Source of the DNA: Candidatus Thorarchaeota archaeon
GTDB lineage: Archaea > Asgardarchaeota > Thorarchaeia > Thorarchaeales > Thorarchaeaceae
DNA: 64,000 bases
NCBI GenBank assembly: GCA_046758445.1
Contig: JBHIAE010000002.1
Coordinates: 1-64,000 of the forward strand
Reading direction: 5' to 3'
Within the stretch, counting starts at the first letter, position 1. The number at the start of each line of letters is the position of its first letter. Both the position numbers and the translations under genes were made by a program. Positions 47,985 to 57,387 of the stretch are shown here, one piece after another. The notes below the pieces were generated by a model. The model searched no databases and was not told the DNA's origin. It saw only the letters and a program-made list of their open reading frames with translations.

Positions 47985-50351
47985 TTGATATCTGACAGAG
48001 TAAGACACCTGAGAGAACAGAGTGTTGGCACGAAGCCCTACATATCAGTCGAGAGAGCGAAGCTAATCACGGAGTTCTACGAGAGCGGTGCTGCAGACAA
48101 TGTTTCCGTGCCAATTGCCCGTGCTCTCGCGTTTCAGCACATCCTGGAGAACAAGACAATCTGCATCAACCCTGGAGAGCTGATTGTTGGTGAGAGAGGC
48201 CCGACACCCGGAGCTACCCCCACCTATCCTGAGCTCTGCTGCCATTCTCTCCAAGATCTGGACATTGCAAACTCAAGAGAGAGCACACCGTTCCTAGTTT
48301 CGGACGAGACCAGAGAAGTATACAGGGACGAGGTCATCCCCTTCTGGAGAGGCAAGACCATACGCGAGCGCGTCTTCGCGTCAATGTCAGATGAGTGGAA
48401 GGCCGCATTCGAATCCGGTGTCTATACGGAGTTCATGGAACAGAGGGCTCCAGGCCACGCCATCTTGGACGACAAGATCTACCATCGGGGCCTGCTAGAC
48501 TTCAAAGAGGAAGTCAAGCAGAGCCTGTCAAAGCTCGACTATGACAATGATTCGGATGCGAAATCGAAGGAGGAAGAGCTGAAAGCTATTGACATTGTGG
48601 CTGATGCATTGATCTCATTTGCACAGCGCCACGCCAAGAAGGCAAGCGAGCTTGCCGAGGCCGAGGAAGACCCTGTGAGAAAGAAGGAGCTTCTGAGAGT
48701 CGCTGAAGTCTGTGCCCACGTCCCAGCCAATCCACCAAGGGACTTCTGGGAGGCTTTGCAGTCCTACTGGTTCATTCACCTTGGAGTCATAATCGAGCTC
48801 AATGTCTGGGACTCATTCAACCCGGGCCGGCTTGACCTCAATCTGTATCCCTTCTTCAACAGAGAACTTGAGAGAGGCTCGCTCACAAGAGAGTTCGCAA
48901 AGGAGCTTTTACACTGTTTCTGGATCAAGTTCAACAACCAACCCGCACCTCCCAAGGTAGACATCACCCAGGAACAGAGTGGCACCTATCAGGACTTTGC
49001 CCTGATCAATGTGGGAGGACTGACAGCTGATGACGCTGATGCAGTCAACGAGCTCTCGTATCTCATCCTTGAAGTAATGAATGAGATGCGGCTGATCCAA
49101 CCGAGTGTCTGTGTTCAACTTACTACCAAGAACCCCGACCAGTTTCTGAGAGAAACAGTCGAAGTCATCAAGGAGGGGTTTGGCCAACCCTCAGTCTTCA
49201 ACACTGACATAATCATCGAGGAGTTCATTCGACAGGGGAAGTCGGTAGAGGACGCCAGAGTCGGAGGGCCAAGCGGCTGTGTCACAATCAGTGCATTTGG
49301 AAAAGAAAGCTGCACGCTCACTGGCTATTGTAACTGGCCGAAGATTCTTGAGATAACTCTCAACAATGGTGTGGATCCTAGGACCGGGAAGCAAGTCGGT
49401 CTAGAAACAGGAAGTCCCACCACCTTCAAAACGTTTGATGAACTCATGGAGGCGTTCAAGGCTCAGCTGAAGTACTTCGTGGACATCAAGATAGAAGGAA
49501 ACAGCATCATTGAGAGGCTCTACGCTGAGCATATGCCAACACCCGTCATGTCGCTGGTCTTCGATGACTGTATCAAGAAAGGAAGGGACTACCACGATGG
49601 TGGGCCAAGATACAATTCGACATACATTCAGGGAGTTGGAATGGGCACCACTACGGACTCACTATCAGCCATGAGATACCATGTCTTCGACAAGAAGAAT
49701 CTCTCCATGGAAGAACTTCTTGATGCACTTAGAAATGACTTCAAGGAAGGCGAGCCGATCCGTCAGATGCTTGTGAACAAGACCCCAAACTACGGTAATG
49801 ACGACGACTACGCCGACAACATTGCTCAGGCCGTCTTTGATGCCTACTTCGACGTTCTGGATGGTCGCCCGAACACTAAGGGCGGTGAATACCGAGTAAA
49901 CCTCTTGCCCACAACTGTTCACATATACTTCGGGCAAGTCACAGGGGCAACACCTAATGGGAGAAGGGCCGGCAAACCTTTGTCTGACGGAGTTTCTCCA
50001 TCCCACGGAGCTGACACAAACGGGCCTACTGCAGTAATCAATTCAGTTGCGAAGATTGACCATGTGCGGACAGGTGGGACCCTTCTGAACCAGAAGCTAA
50101 TGCCCGAGATACTTGCCGACCGGGCAGGTCGCAAGAAGCTTGGACACCTGATTCAGGCCTACTTTGCACTTGGGGGGCATCATATTCAGTTTAATGTGAT
50201 TGACAGGCAGACGCTCCTTGAAGCACAGCAGAAGCCTGAAGAATATCGAGACCTGATTGTGAGAGTGGCCGGGTACAGTGACTACTTTGTGAACATTGGA
50301 AAGGCTTTGCAGGATGAAATCATAGCTCGGACTGAGCAACGATACTTCTGA
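47985..50351 (+). CDS. Glycyl radical enzyme, HypD (hydroxyproline dehydratase)-like variant
   Basis: FMEQRAPGH, NVWDSFNPGR, SGTYQDFA, SGCVT, LTGY, LLPTTVH, RVAGYS. Confidence 0.9.
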   Translation: MISDRVRHLREQSVGTKPYISVERAKLITEFYESGAADNVSVPIARALAFQHILENKTICINPGELIVGERGPTPGATPTYPELCCHSLQDLDIANSRESTPFLVSDETREVYRDEVIPFWRGKTIRERVFASMSDEWKAAFESGVYTEFMEQRAPGHAILDDKIYHRGLLDFKEEVKQSLSKLDYDNDSDAKSKEEELKAIDIVADALISFAQRHAKKASELAEAEEDPVRKKELLRVAEVCAHVPANPPRDFWEALQSYWFIHLGVIIELNVWDSFNPGRLDLNLYPFFNRELERGSLTREFAKELLHCFWIKFNNQPAPPKVDITQEQSGTYQDFALINVGGLTADDADAVNELSYLILEVMNEMRLIQPSVCVQLTTKNPDQFLRETVEVIKEGFGQPSVFNTDIIIEEFIRQGKSVEDARVGGPSGCVTISAFGKESCTLTGYCNWPKILEITLNNGVDPRTGKQVGLETGSPTTFKTFDELMEAFKAQLKYFVDIKIEGNSIIERLYAEHMPTPVMSLVFDDCIKKGRDYHDGGPRYNSTYIQGVGMGTTTDSLSAMRYHVFDKKNLSMEELLDALRNDFKEGEPIRQMLVNKTPNYGNDDDYADNIAQAVFDAYFDVLDGRPNTKGGEYRVNLLPTTVHIYFGQVTGATPNGRRAGKPLSDGVSPSHGADTNGPTAVINSVAKIDHVRTGGTLLNQKLMPEILADRAGRKKLGHLIQAYFALGGHHIQFNVIDRQTLLEAQQKPEEYRDLIVRVAGYSDYFVNIGKALQDEIIARTEQRYF

Positions 50352-50556
50352 GAAGCCAACTCTCGCCCTTTCTGACATGCAGGACAACCCCTCCACTCAG
50401 GCTGATAGGGCTCCTCACAACAGTGTTTTGGTCAGTGGGCAAGTTTTAAAAACGGAGTCTTGCTTGGCGCACGCTGTAGTAAGAATAGCTCAGTCTTCAA
50501 GCTAGTGAAACTCGAACGCCAGATTGACTGGGCTGCAAAACTACAGGTGATCTCAA

Positions 50557-51564
50557 ATGGCCCATAGAAAGAAGCATGCGCCAAGAAGAGGCAGTCTTGC
50601 CTACCTGCCACGGGGCAGGGCGTCGAAGTTTTTGCCCAGGATCAAGAATTGGCCTTCCTGGGAAGGTGAGGATGCAAGACTACTCGGATTTGTAGGGTAC
50701 AAGGCAGGCATGACCCATGCAGTGATGAGCATACAGAACCCAAACAGTCCGTTCAAAGGTCAGGAAACAGTCATCCCTGTCACAGTTATCGATACGCCGC
50801 CAATCAGACCCTTTGCCATCCGCGGCTACGCCAAAACACCCTACGGTTTCAAGCTTGTGTCTGAAGTATTGGCGGGCAACTTGTCAGACGACCTGCGAAG
50901 GGTGAAACCTCCGCCGAAGAAGTACAAGTACAAGGCCAAGATGAAGGAGTTTGAGTCAAAGCTTGACACATTCGCTGAGATTCGCATGCTGATTCACACC
51001 CAGCCGAGAACCGCAGGGGTGTCCAAGAAGAAGCCAGAGATCACTGAATACAAGGTCGGCGCTCGTAGCGTTCAGGAAGCATTTGAGTACGCCAAGAGTG
51101 TGCTCGGCACTGACGTGCGTGTAGCTGACATCCTTCGAGAGGGGACCCTAGTAGACTCCATAGCAGTGACAAAGGGACATGGATTCCAGGGTCCTGTACG
51201 CCGATGGGGAGTCAGAATACTCCAGCATAAGTCACGCAAGACGAAGCGAGGTGTCGGATGTATCGGTCCTTGGTCTCCGACAAACATTCGATACAGCGTT
51301 CCTCGACCTGGTCAGACGGGTTATCATACACGTACCAGTTTCAACAACGAAGTCCTGAAGATGGGTGAGAGAGGGGAAGAGATTACTCCGTCCGGTGGCT
51401 TCGTCAATTATGGGATGATACGAGGCGACTACGTTATGCTCTGGGGGTCAATTCCGGGTCCAGTCAAGAGACCTGTAAGACTCAGATTTGCGATTCGGCC
51501 CAAGAGATCTCATCTCGGACAGGTCACCCAGGTGAGCTACATCAGCACTACATCAAAACAGTAG
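50557..51564 (+). CDS. rpl3: 50S ribosomal protein L3
   Basis: PRRGSL, GYKAGMTH, TKGHGFQGPVRRWG, GQTGYH. Confidence 0.97.
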   Translation: MAHRKKHAPRRGSLAYLPRGRASKFLPRIKNWPSWEGEDARLLGFVGYKAGMTHAVMSIQNPNSPFKGQETVIPVTVIDTPPIRPFAIRGYAKTPYGFKLVSEVLAGNLSDDLRRVKPPPKKYKYKAKMKEFESKLDTFAEIRMLIHTQPRTAGVSKKKPEITEYKVGARSVQEAFEYAKSVLGTDVRVADILREGTLVDSIAVTKGHGFQGPVRRWGVRILQHKSRKTKRGVGCIGPWSPTNIRYSVPRPGQTGYHTRTSFNNEVLKMGERGEEITPSGGFVNYGMIRGDYVMLWGSIPGPVKRPVRLRFAIRPKRSHLGQVTQVSYISTTSKQ

Positions 51565-51578
51565 TGGGAGGATGATTA

Positions 51579-52370
51579 GTGATGAAAAGCGTAAAGACGT
51601 ACTCCTTGAAAGGGAAAGCAGGTCCCAAGATAAAGCTCCCAAGACAGTTTGATGCCCCGTACCGTCCGGATGTAATCAAACGGGCTGTATTAGCGGTTCA
51701 GTCCAGAGGACGCCAACCACATGGTGTTGACGAGCTAGCCGGAAAGCGCACCACTGCTGAGAGCTGGCAGACAGGTCACGGGCGGTCGAGGATGCCTCGG
51801 GTCAAAGGTGCTGGCACCAGCGCGGCCAGTAAGGCAGCATTCGCTCCCGGAACCGTAGGTGGAAGGGTAGCACATCCCCCTGAGGCAAGGAAAGTCATAA
51901 TCGAACGAATCAACAAGAAGGAGAATCGATTAGCTATCCGTTCTGCCATCGCCGCATCTGCGAACAAGAAACTCGTGGGTGCCAGAGGACACAGGATCGA
52001 GTCAGTTCCAGAAGTGCCCTTGATTGTCAGCGAGAAGCTCGAGTCTTTGACAACGACAAAGGAGATGCGAGAGGTGGTCACTTCGCTTGGCCTTGAGGAC
52101 GACCTAGAGAGAGCCATCAGGGGCCGTGTAGTGAGAGCGGGCAAGGGCAAGATGCGTGGACGCAAGATGAAGACCCCAAAGTCCTTTCTGATCGTGGTGG
52201 GTAAGGACTTGGGAATAGGCATGGCGGCACGGAATCTGCCTGGTGTTGACGTTTCTGAAGTGCACGGTTTGAATGCTCACATGTTGGCACCCGGAACACA
52301 TCCGGGGCGACTTGTGCTGTGGACGACTTCTGCCATTGAGCGTCTTGAGAAAGAGGCCCTATTCATGTGA
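51579..52370 (+). CDS. rpl4: 50S ribosomal protein L4
   Basis: TTAESW, GGRVAHPP, RAGKGKMRGR, LAPGTHPGRL. Confidence 0.97.
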   Translation: MMKSVKTYSLKGKAGPKIKLPRQFDAPYRPDVIKRAVLAVQSRGRQPHGVDELAGKRTTAESWQTGHGRSRMPRVKGAGTSAASKAAFAPGTVGGRVAHPPEARKVIIERINKKENRLAIRSAIAASANKKLVGARGHRIESVPEVPLIVSEKLESLTTTKEMREVVTSLGLEDDLERAIRGRVVRAGKGKMRGRKMKTPKSFLIVVGKDLGIGMAARNLPGVDVSEVHGLNAHMLAPGTHPGRLVLWTTSAIERLEKEALFM

Positions 52371-52375
52371 GGTGA

Positions 52376-52642
52376 GTGAGAATGGATCCAAATGAAGTAA
52401 TCATCCGTCCTGTGGTCACTGAAGCAAGCCTAGAGGCTGTTGACAGCCACAACAAACTCACCTTCTTCGTTGACCGAAGAGCCAACAAGAACACCATACG
52501 CTGGGCAGTAGAAAGCCTCTACGAAGTTGTCGTAGAGAAAGTCAACACGATGATAATGCCCGATGGGAAGAAGAAGGCATTCGTGCGTTTGGCACCGGAG
52601 TATAGTGCCGCGGAGGTTGCGACAAACCTCGGGATATTCTAA
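52376..52642 (+). CDS. rpl23: 50S ribosomal protein L23
   Basis: PVVTE, NKLTFFVD, KVNT, GKKKAFVRL. Confidence 0.96.
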   Translation: MRMDPNEVIIRPVVTEASLEAVDSHNKLTFFVDRRANKNTIRWAVESLYEVVVEKVNTMIMPDGKKKAFVRLAPEYSAAEVATNLGIF

Positions 52643-52654
52643 GGAGGCTATTGA

Positions 52655-53374
52655 ATGGGTAAACGTGTTCTAGTACAACGCAAGGGCCGAGGCACAACTC
52701 AGTGGAGGAGTCCCAGTCATAGGAAGATCGCACGCGCCAGACATCCCAAGTGGGCTCCAGACAAGACCTATGTTGGCAGAGTGACCAATCTCTACCACGA
52801 GGCCGGAAGGGGAGCTCCCCTTGCTGAGCTGAGGTATGAGGGCGAGTCAAAGCTTCACTACATGATAGCATCCGAAGGTATCCAGGTTGGTCAGATTGTC
52901 GAATGCGGAGAGGATGCTGCACTGCAGAATGGCAACACCATGATGCTGCAACATATTCCTGAAGGCACACCAGTCTACAACATTGAGGGCAGTCCCGGAG
53001 ATGGTGGAAAGTATGTTCGATCATCTGGTCTGACAGCAACCATTGTTTCCATTGATTCGAGCAAGGCAATGGTGAGGTTGCCAAGCGGTCAGCAAAAGGC
53101 CTTCAGCCCGAGATGTAGGGCAACCATTGGCATTGTCGCTGGCGGTGGTAGGACTGAGAGGCCGTTCTTGAAGGCAGGCGCTGTCTGGCATCACACTCGT
53201 GTCAAGGCAAGAAAATGGCCTGTGACCCGCGGAGCTGCTATGAATGCTGCTAGCCATCCACACGGTGGAGGTTCCCATCAGTCACCAGGCAGACCTAGTA
53301 CAGTGAGCAGACATGCTCCCCCGGGTCGCAAGGTGGGCAACATCGCAGCTCGGAGAACTGGTCGCAAGAAGTAG
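52655..53374 (+). CDS. rpl2: 50S ribosomal protein L2
   Basis: MGKR..QRKGRG, GRGAP, AMNAASHPHGGG, PPGRKVG. Confidence 0.97.
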   Translation: MGKRVLVQRKGRGTTQWRSPSHRKIARARHPKWAPDKTYVGRVTNLYHEAGRGAPLAELRYEGESKLHYMIASEGIQVGQIVECGEDAALQNGNTMMLQHIPEGTPVYNIEGSPGDGGKYVRSSGLTATIVSIDSSKAMVRLPSGQQKAFSPRCRATIGIVAGGGRTERPFLKAGAVWHHTRVKARKWPVTRGAAMNAASHPHGGGSHQSPGRPSTVSRHAPPGRKVGNIAARRTGRKK

Positions 53375-53504
53375 AGCTGAAGGAGCTTTTTGCTCCATAC
53401 TTTCCTCAACCTTTGCCTGTTGACCTTAGGAAATGCGTTTCTAGGACAGGGGTATTACACAAGTACATATCCCTCTGGTATGACCTCTGTCAAGAGGACT
53501 AGTA

Positions 53505-53690
53505 ATGCGTCTCATTGCTGTGCATCTTCCTGAGAGAATCATCGACGATATACAGCGCCTAGTGAATCGAGGCCTCTATCCAAACCGCTCAGAAGCAATC
53601 AGAATAGCGATTCGCGATCTATTGAAGCGCGAGCTTTGGGAGCGGACCCTTCAGGGTACTGCTACAGGTGGGGAGGTAGCAGAGCGTTGA
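53505..53690 (+). CDS. Ribbon-helix-helix regulator (CdrS-like)
   Basis: IAVHLP...GLYPNRSEAIRIAIRDLL; stop overlaps the ftsZ start. Confidence 0.88.
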   Translation: MRLIAVHLPERIIDDIQRLVNRGLYPNRSEAIRIAIRDLLKRELWERTLQGTATGGEVAER

Positions 53691-54952
53691 GGTCTCTGAT
53701 CGACTCAGCAAGAGAGCACAGCCGCTCAGAGAGAAGTGGAATAGCTACACGAGATATGGGCCAGGCCAGAATTGTCGTTGTCGGTTGTGGTGGGGCCGGC
53801 AACAATACGGTCAAGCGATTGATGACAATTGGAATTCAGGGTGCCGAGTGCATCGCCGTGAACACAGACAGACAGCATCTCGCTGTTACTATAGCTCACA
53901 GGAAACTCCTCATTGGTGAGAGAATCACCAGGGGTCTAGGTGCAGGAGGATATCCCCACGTGGGCCAGGCGGCGGCTGAAGAGTCAGCACATCAGTTGAC
54001 AGAGCTCTTGCGAGATGCTGACTTGGTCTTCATCGCTGCCGGCATGGGTGGAGGCACAGGAACAGGTGCAGCACCAGTAATAGCCGAGATAGCAAAGAGG
54101 AATGATGCAATAGTAGTAGGCGTTGTCACTATGCCCTTCAGCCTTGAGAGGACGCGGGTCGACAAAGCAACTGCAGGGCTGGCACGACTTCAGGAGAATG
54201 TTGACACTGCGGTGGTGATTGACAACCAGAAGCTAATGGAGCTGGTGCCAGACCTACCGCTCGAAGAGGCGTTTGGAGTCGCCGACGAAGTTCTCGCCAA
54301 TATGGTGAAGGGAATCACTGAAACAATCACGATGCCCAGTCTGATAAATCTCGATTATGCAGATGTTCGAACCATCATATGCAATGGAGGTGTTGCTCTT
54401 GTGGGGCTGGGTGAGGCCACCGGTTCTGAGAGGGCAAACGAAGCGATTAGAAATGCTCTCAACAGCCCCCTTCTAGAAGTGGAATGGCGTGGGTCTACTG
54501 GAGCTCTGATACACATCACGGGAGGTCCTGATATGTCTCTTGCTGAGGCAAACAGGGTGGGTGAGATTGTGTCAGAGAAGATGAGTCCTGATGCGAACGT
54601 CATCTGGGGAGCTCGCGTAGATCCAAGACTGAGTGGAGTGCTTCGCGTCATGTTGATTCTCACTGGAGTAAAGAGCCCTCAGCTTCTCCCCCGGTCTAAG
54701 GAAGAGCCTACCATGAAATCCGTGAGGAGGGCCAGGTTGTCTGAACTCGGCATTCTAGCTGCTCACGTGAGCACATCCGCATCCAGTTCTGTTTCTCCAA
54801 AAGCTAAGAGGTTTGGTAAGTTCCACGCACCGTCCAATGAGGGAACTTGGGAAGACCGGCTGAAACCGTTGGAGAGAAAGCTACTGGAACGCAAACCTCC
54901 TGAGACGAGGCAAAAGAACCTAGACGAGCTAGGTCTGAAAAGGATTCTCTGA
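53687..54952 (+). CDS. ftsZ: Cell division protein FtsZ
   Basis: VGCGGAGNN, GMGGGTGTG, INLDYADV, IWGA; likely start TTG 53687 after GGAGGT. Confidence 0.96.
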   Translation: MRSLIDSAREHSRSERSGIATRDMGQARIVVVGCGGAGNNTVKRLMTIGIQGAECIAVNTDRQHLAVTIAHRKLLIGERITRGLGAGGYPHVGQAAAEESAHQLTELLRDADLVFIAAGMGGGTGTGAAPVIAEIAKRNDAIVVGVVTMPFSLERTRVDKATAGLARLQENVDTAVVIDNQKLMELVPDLPLEEAFGVADEVLANMVKGITETITMPSLINLDYADVRTIICNGGVALVGLGEATGSERANEAIRNALNSPLLEVEWRGSTGALIHITGGPDMSLAEANRVGEIVSEKMSPDANVIWGARVDPRLSGVLRVMLILTGVKSPQLLPRSKEEPTMKSVRRARLSELGILAAHVSTSASSSVSPKAKRFGKFHAPSNEGTWEDRLKPLERKLLERKPPETRQKNLDELGLKRIL

Positions 54953-55053
54953 ATCAGTCCATCAGATTTTAGAGTCGCAGCGTGAACCTAATCTGACCTA
55001 TTCTGGACTGCTCGAGTTTCCAGCCTGTATTGCACCCATCTCATTACTTGGCA

Positions 55054-55482
55054 CTAGTCTAGTCCATGATCTTCGAACCATTTGTCTGCTATGATTTTGA
55101 CTCTCTCGTAGAGTGGTCCAGTTCCTTCAACGCCTTCAGGCGAGATGCGTATCTTGTTGAGAACGAGGACCATTCCCGTTTCAGGGAAGTATTGTACACC
55201 CCCTGGCGGGAACGCCTTCTCAAGCTCTTTGACCAAGCCTTCAAGGCTAATCTCTCTCTCAGCAACAGAGAAGGACACAATTGAGCTTCCGTAGATGAAC
55301 ATCCGTGGAATTGGCCCCTTTTTGGTCTCCACATCTGAGAGTACAATGCTGAGGCTGTTCTGATCGATTCCCTTCAAGGTGCCGACGTATGTTTCGCCTG
55401 CGCTAGTCTTCACTTCGACAGTTGCCCCCACAACTGAGGCAAGCTCGCGATTGAAGGCACGCATTGCTGCGACTTCTGACAT
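55054..55482 (-). CDS. Lsm protein with C-terminal domain (SmAP3 type)
   Basis: Sm1/Sm2 motifs (YVGTLKGID, FIYGSSI) plus Lsm_C-like tail GVEGTGPLYER. Confidence 0.85.
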   Translation of the reverse strand: MSEVAAMRAFNRELASVVGATVEVKTSAGETYVGTLKGIDQNSLSIVLSDVETKKGPIPRMFIYGSSIVSFSVAEREISLEGLVKELEKAFPPGGVQYFPETGMVLVLNKIRISPEGVEGTGPLYERVKIIADKWFEDHGLD

Positions 55483-55628
55483 TCTAATATCACCTTACAG
55501 TGTAATCTATGCAAATGACGCGTATTTTCGTGTCGTTTTAAAACTGGTGCTCCAACAAAAGGCTCGGGGCTTGCCGCCTGAGAATCACATATTAGCCGTG
55601 AGAGGGCGGTGTCCGTATCAACAATGAG

Positions 55629-56468
55629 GTGTCTGAATTGGCAACGTCCAAAGTCCATTTCTCTCGCAAATTCCTTCGAGAGGAGGCCCTGCCTAGCCCG
55701 TTCTGTCCAGGCTGCGGCAGTGGTATAATCGCGAACTCATTTCTCAAGGCGGTCAGTGATCTAGGTCATGAGGACCTCAACGGTTTCGCATTCGTTTCTG
55801 GGATTGGGTGTGGAGCATGGATTGTTTCGCCCCATTTTCGTGCGGACACGCTGCATACCGCGCATGGGCGTGCGATTGCGGCGGCCACAGGGCTGAAGAT
55901 TGCTCAACCCGAGCTAGAGGTCGTGGTAATCAGTGGTGATGGAGACCTAGCCGCGATTGGGGGAAACCACCTAATTCACGCGGCCCGGCGAAACATGGAC
56001 TTGACTGTGATTTGCTCTAACAATTGGATCTATGGCATGACAGGAGGCCAGGCCGGACCTACCACGTTCGTCGGAGACCGTACATCTACTACTCCATATG
56101 GTAACCCTGAACGTCCCTTCGACCTTGCGCGCTTGGTAGCTGTTGCTGGAGCAAACTACGTGGCCAGATGGTCAACTGCTCACCCTGTTCAGGCCGCGCG
56201 AGCGATTAAGACTGCACTGAAACGCAAAGGATTCTCCTTCATAGAGATGCTGTCTCAATGCCCGGTGGCATATGGTCGGAGGACAGAAGCCGGAACTGCT
56301 GTGAACATGCTTGCATGGTTCAAGAAGCTCCCAATTCGCAAGAAGGACGACCCCTTGGACTGCAAGACTCCCACGCACGAAGAGATGGACCTGGGCGTCT
56401 TTGCTGACAGAAAAGAACGGACGTTCTTGGAATCGTTGAAAGAGGTGTTCAGCAATCTCGAGGACTGA
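55629..56468 (+). CDS. 2-oxoacid:ferredoxin oxidoreductase beta subunit
   Basis: FCPGCG, SGIGC, GDGDLAAIGGNH, YGMTGGQ. Confidence 0.93.
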   Translation: MSELATSKVHFSRKFLREEALPSPFCPGCGSGIIANSFLKAVSDLGHEDLNGFAFVSGIGCGAWIVSPHFRADTLHTAHGRAIAAATGLKIAQPELEVVVISGDGDLAAIGGNHLIHAARRNMDLTVICSNNWIYGMTGGQAGPTTFVGDRTSTTPYGNPERPFDLARLVAVAGANYVARWSTAHPVQAARAIKTALKRKGFSFIEMLSQCPVAYGRRTEAGTAVNMLAWFKKLPIRKKDDPLDCKTPTHEEMDLGVFADRKERTFLESLKEVFSNLED

Positions 56469-56474
56469 ACAGCC

Positions 56475-57002
56475 ATGAGGAAAGAGATTCGAATAGCAGG
56501 CACAGGCGGAATGGGCGTCGTCCTTGCAGGAGTCATACTAGGGCATGCGGCCGTAGTACATGCAGGACTCGAGGCAGTTCAGACGCAGAGCTACGGTGCG
56601 GAGGCAAGAGGTACAGCAGCTAAGAGTGAGATCATAATCAGTGATGAACCCATTCGATATCCCAAAGTTCGGGAAGCTGACTATAGCGTCTTTATGTCTC
56701 AGAAGGCCTTTGACATGTATCTCAAAGAGGCCAAGAAGGGCAGTGTGGTGTTAGTTGACAAGGACCTTTGTGATTATGGGGATTCAGAAGACGAATACGA
56801 AGTTGTCTGTGTACCGGCCATGAAGACAGCCGATTCTATGGGAATGCGGCTTGCGTCGAATATGGTCATGCTTGGCGTCTTGGTGAAGAAGTCCGGGTTA
56901 TTCCCCGTTGAGAACCTAGAGCTTGCCTTGAAGGACTTGATACGGTCCAAGGCTCTCAAGACCGACCTTGATGCCATAAGAGCCGGAGCAGCCCTCGTCT
57001 AG
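56475..57002 (+). CDS. 2-oxoacid:ferredoxin oxidoreductase gamma subunit
   Basis: AGTGGMGV, QSYGAEARG, NMVMLG. Confidence 0.93.
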   Translation: MRKEIRIAGTGGMGVVLAGVILGHAAVVHAGLEAVQTQSYGAEARGTAAKSEIIISDEPIRYPKVREADYSVFMSQKAFDMYLKEAKKGSVVLVDKDLCDYGDSEDEYEVVCVPAMKTADSMGMRLASNMVMLGVLVKKSGLFPVENLELALKDLIRSKALKTDLDAIRAGAALV

Positions 57003-57277
57003 CCGCCATGTACGAGTGGAAGAATGACCACTTCATCTCCTTCCTTCAACTTGGTTTCGAGCCCACCCGTAAGACCAATATCAATCTCATTGCAGAGTAT
57101 AAGCGCTTCCCGGTCCATTGTTTCGGGGTCTGTCCAAACACTCCTGATGCCCTTCTCCTTGTCGATGAGTGTTTGGAGGAAACTTTGGAGATCCGTTCCT
57201 TCATCGACATCTACATGGTATTGCTGACTCCCCATCTGATGTGAAACTGGGCCACGAAACCTGACTTTGACTCTCAT
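56999..57277 (-). CDS. MoaD/ThiS/SAMP ubiquitin-like protein
   Basis: Beta-grasp pattern, LKEGDEVVILPLVHGG C-terminal GG. Confidence 0.9.
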   Translation of the reverse strand: MRVKVRFRGPVSHQMGSQQYHVDVDEGTDLQSFLQTLIDKEKGIRSVWTDPETMDREALILCNEIDIGLTGGLETKLKEGDEVVILPLVHGG

Positions 57278-57387
57278 GACGAACGGAGCTGTACCGATTC
57301 AGTTCTCAGATAAAGGAACCGGACCGCATGAATACCTTAGCTTCCCGAAGAGCAGTGGAACTCTCAGTCCATGCTAGTGTTTTGAGA

